Source of the DNA: Octopus bimaculoides
Taxonomy: Eukaryota
DNA length: 38,220 nt
Assembly: GCF_001194135.2 (NCBI RefSeq)
Contig: NC_069002.1
Coordinates: 17,657,517 to 17,695,736, forward strand
Direction of reading: 5' to 3'
The translations under genes were made by a program, and so were the position numbers. Below are positions 35,261 to 38,220 of this stretch, piece after piece. The notes below the pieces were generated by a model that saw only the letters and a program-made list of their open reading frames with translations, was not told the origin of the DNA and searched no databases. Position 1 is the first letter of the stretch. Each line of letters starts with the position of its first letter.

Positions 35261-35388
35261 GCCCACCACACCAAATCATGTCCCACCACACCAAATCATG
35301 TCCTACCACACCAAATCATGTCCCACCACACCAAATCATGTCCCACCACACCAAATCATGTCCCACCACACCAAATCATGTCCCACCA
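35261..35388. repeat. 20-bp minisatellite (tcccaccacaccaaatcatg), 6 units plus a partial
   Basis: Directly visible; two single-base variants. Confidence 0.95.
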
Positions 35389-35723
35389 GCTAACAAGCAA
35401 AGTACATATATTGAATCCTTGTGTTTGATAATGTGTAGTTTTCCTCATTTTTCTTCTTTGTTTTTCTGTTTTCTTTTTCTTTTCTTGTATCTCTTTTTCC
35501 ATTCTTTTCTCTCAGTTTTGGATTTACATTTTTAATGTTTTGTATTATATATGTATCATATACATATGTGTTATATTCCAATACGATACAACATCCAATA
35601 TACATATGTATATATAACTCTTATTTCTATCAATATAGGTAAATACACTGCACCCTCAGTCACAATTAGTGACAATTGAATTATTCCTTTTTGGTTTTAT
35701 ATTGCAAGTAGTCGCCTTCATTT

Positions 35724-35754
<31 letters not shown>

Positions 35755-35820
35755 CTCTGTGTGAGTTAGAGGTTGAGAAACCAACTAAGAGATAGTACCT
35801 ATCCAATATACTGCTGGTAG

Positions 35821-38220
35821 TCATCATCATCATCATCATCATCGTTTAACATCCGCTTTCCATGCTAGCATGGGTTGGACGATTTGACTGAGGACTGGCA
35901 AGCCAGAAGGCTGCACCAGGCTCCAATCTGATCTGGCAGCGTTTCTACTGCTGGATGCCCTTCCTAATGCCAACCACTCCGAGAGTGTAGTGGGTGCTTT
36001 TACGTGCCACCGGCATGAGGGCCAGTCACACGGTACTGGCAATGGCCACGCTCAAAAAGGTGTTTTTTACGTGCCACCTGCACGGGAGCCAGTCCAGCGG
36101 CACTGGCAACGACCTCGCTCGAATGATTTTCTAACGTGCCACCNNNNNNNNNNNNNNNNNNNNNNNNNNNNNNNNNNNNNNNNNNNNNNNNNNNNNNNNN
36201 NNNNNNNNNNNNNNNNNNNNNNNNNNNNNNNNNNNNNNNNNNNNNNNNNNNNNNNNNNNNNNNNNNNNNNNNNNNNNNNNNNNNNNNNNNNNNNNNNNNN
36301 NNNNNNNNNNNNNNNNNNNNNNNNNNNNNNNNNNNNNNNNNNNNNNNNNNNNNNNNNNNNNNNNNNNNNNNNNNNNNNNNNNNNNNNNNNNNNNNNNNNN
36401 NNNNNNNNNNNNNNNNNNNNNNNNNNNNNNNNNNNNNNNNNNNNNNNNNNNNNNNNNNNNNNNNNNNNNNNNNNNNNNNNNNNNNNNNNNNNNNNNNNNN
36501 NNTCACTTGCCTTGCTGGGTCTTCTCACATACTGCATATTTCCAAAGGTCCCGGTCACTGGTCATTGCCTCGGTGAGGCCTAAAGTTCGAAGGTTGTGCT
36601 TCACCACCTCATCCCAGGTCTTCCTGGGTCCACCTCTTCCATAGGTTCCCTTAACTGCTAGGGTGTAGCACTTTTTCACACAGCTATCCTCATCCATTCT
36701 TGCCACATGTCCATACCAGTGCAATTGTCTCTCTTGCACACCACAACTGATGCTTCTTAGGTCTAACTTTTCTCTCAAGGTACTTACACTCTGTCGAGTA
36801 TGCACACTGACATTACACATCGATCGGAGCATACTGGTTTTGTTTCTTGCGTGCTTACGCATGTCCTCAGCAGTCACGGCCAATGTTTCACTGCCATGTA
36901 GCATGGCTGTTCATACACATGCGTCATACAGTCTGCCTTTTACTCTGAGTGAGAGGCCTTTGTCACCAGCAGAGGTAAGAGCTCTCTAAACTTTGCCCAG
37001 GCTATTCTTATTCTAGCAGCTACACTTTCAGTGTACCCTCTCCCGCTACAAATTTGGTCACCTAGGTAGCGGAAATTATCAACTACTTCTAGTTTTTCTC
37101 CCTGGAGTGTGGCAAAGGTAGTTTTCTGCACATTTTCAGTGCTTATTGCTCCTGAGCATCTGCCACATACAAAGACTATCTTGCTAGTTAGCCTTCCTTT
37201 GATATTGCTGCACCTCTTATGTGTCCATAGCTTGCACTGGGTACATCTTATGGAGTTTCTATCTACACCTTTTCTACAGATCGAGCAGGGCCATCTACCT
37301 GAAGGGGTTTGTTTTGTCAACCTTCTTACTTATTAGGACTTTGGTTTTAGCTAGGTTGACGAAGGCCCTTCGATTCTAGTCCTTGCTTCCACACCTGAAA
37401 CTTCTCCTCTAGTTCTGATAGTGACTCAGCAATTAGGGCAAGGTCATCAGCACAGAGGAGCTCCCAGGGGCATCCCATCTTGAATTCCTGTGTTCTTGCC
37501 TGGAGGACTATGATAAATAGGAGGTGGCTGAGGACTGAACCTTGGTGGACCCCTACCTCTACCCATAATTCTTCACTGTACTCGTTGCCAACCCTCACCT
37601 TACTGACAACATCCCTGTACATGGCTTGTACAGCTCTCACTAACCCTTCGTCTATCCCTAGTTTCCTCATTGACCACCAGTTAAGGGAGCGGGGGACCCT
37701 GTCAAAGGCTTTCTCCATGTCAACGAAAGCCAGGTACAGAGGTTTATCCTTGGCTAGGTATTTCTCCTGCAGCTGTCTTACCAGANNNNNNNNNNGTACA
37801 GAGGTTTATCCTTGGCTAGGTATTTCTCCTGCAGCTGTCTTACCAGAAATATAGCATCAGTGGTGCTTTTCCCTGGAATGAACCCAAACTGCATCTCATC
37901 TAAACTGACTCTCTCCCTAATTTGTTGGGCTGTGACTCTCTCGGTGACCTTCATTACCTGGTCCAACAACTTGATACCTCTGTAATTGTTTGTGTCTAAA
38001 GTGTCACTTTTACCTTTGTAGCAGTTGACTATGGTGCTGTTACACCAGTCATTGGGTATGACTCCTTCGTGTATCAACTGGTTAACTATACGGGTGACTA
38101 GGCTATAGCCGACACTGCTAGATATTTTAAGCATCTCTGCAGTGATTCCTGATGGGCCGAGGGCTTTCCCTGTCTTCATACTCTTGATTGCTTTATCTAC
38201 CAAGGTGCTGTCAATTAGCA
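35821..38220 (-). mobile_element. RTE LINE (RT with PHD-like insert, 3' UTR, (GAT)n tail), decayed, running off the window end
   Basis: ORFs 37778..38203 (NYRGIKLL, QFGFIPGKSTTDAIF), 37347..37718 (KAFDRVP, GVHQGSVLS, LCADDL), 36940..37320 (Cys/His module, FRYLGD) and 36503..36904. Confidence 0.93.

Noticed and set aside
35204-35392. Minus-strand exon-like segment spanning the 20-bp minisatellite
   Set aside because: The unit contains TGA and is not a multiple of 3, so all frames hit stops.
37735-37845. Direct ~50-bp duplication flanking a 10-N gap in the RTE
   Set aside because: Same assembly-overlap artefact.

Overview
AT-rich, repeat-dominated eukaryotic DNA with no prokaryotic-style genes. 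The tRNA-headed SINE families, RTE LINEs with (GAT)n tails and very high microsatellite density resemble an octopus/coleoid cephalopod genome (inference, not verified by search). Most ORF-track entries are microsatellite or transposon artefacts. Reading splice sites by hand gave three short minus-strand exons (19283-19353, 15868-15987, 13640-13746). They splice in frame into a pair of degenerate EF-hands resembling EFCAB6-type repeats, so at least the central window is probably intronic to a large EF-hand gene. The rest is decayed mobile DNA: RTE LINEs (one family with a PHD-finger-like Cys/His module inside the RT), two microsatellite-embedded restriction-like-endonuclease LINE families, CR1/L2 fragments, three Gypsy LTR remnants, Tc1/mariner remnants, several MITEs and three modular SINE families. 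No intact autonomous element is present. Repeat boundaries are approximate. I found no evidence of a wholly new biological system; the strongest leads are the hidden gene, the PHD-in-RT module, microsatellite targeting, and inverted repeats bracketing the exons.
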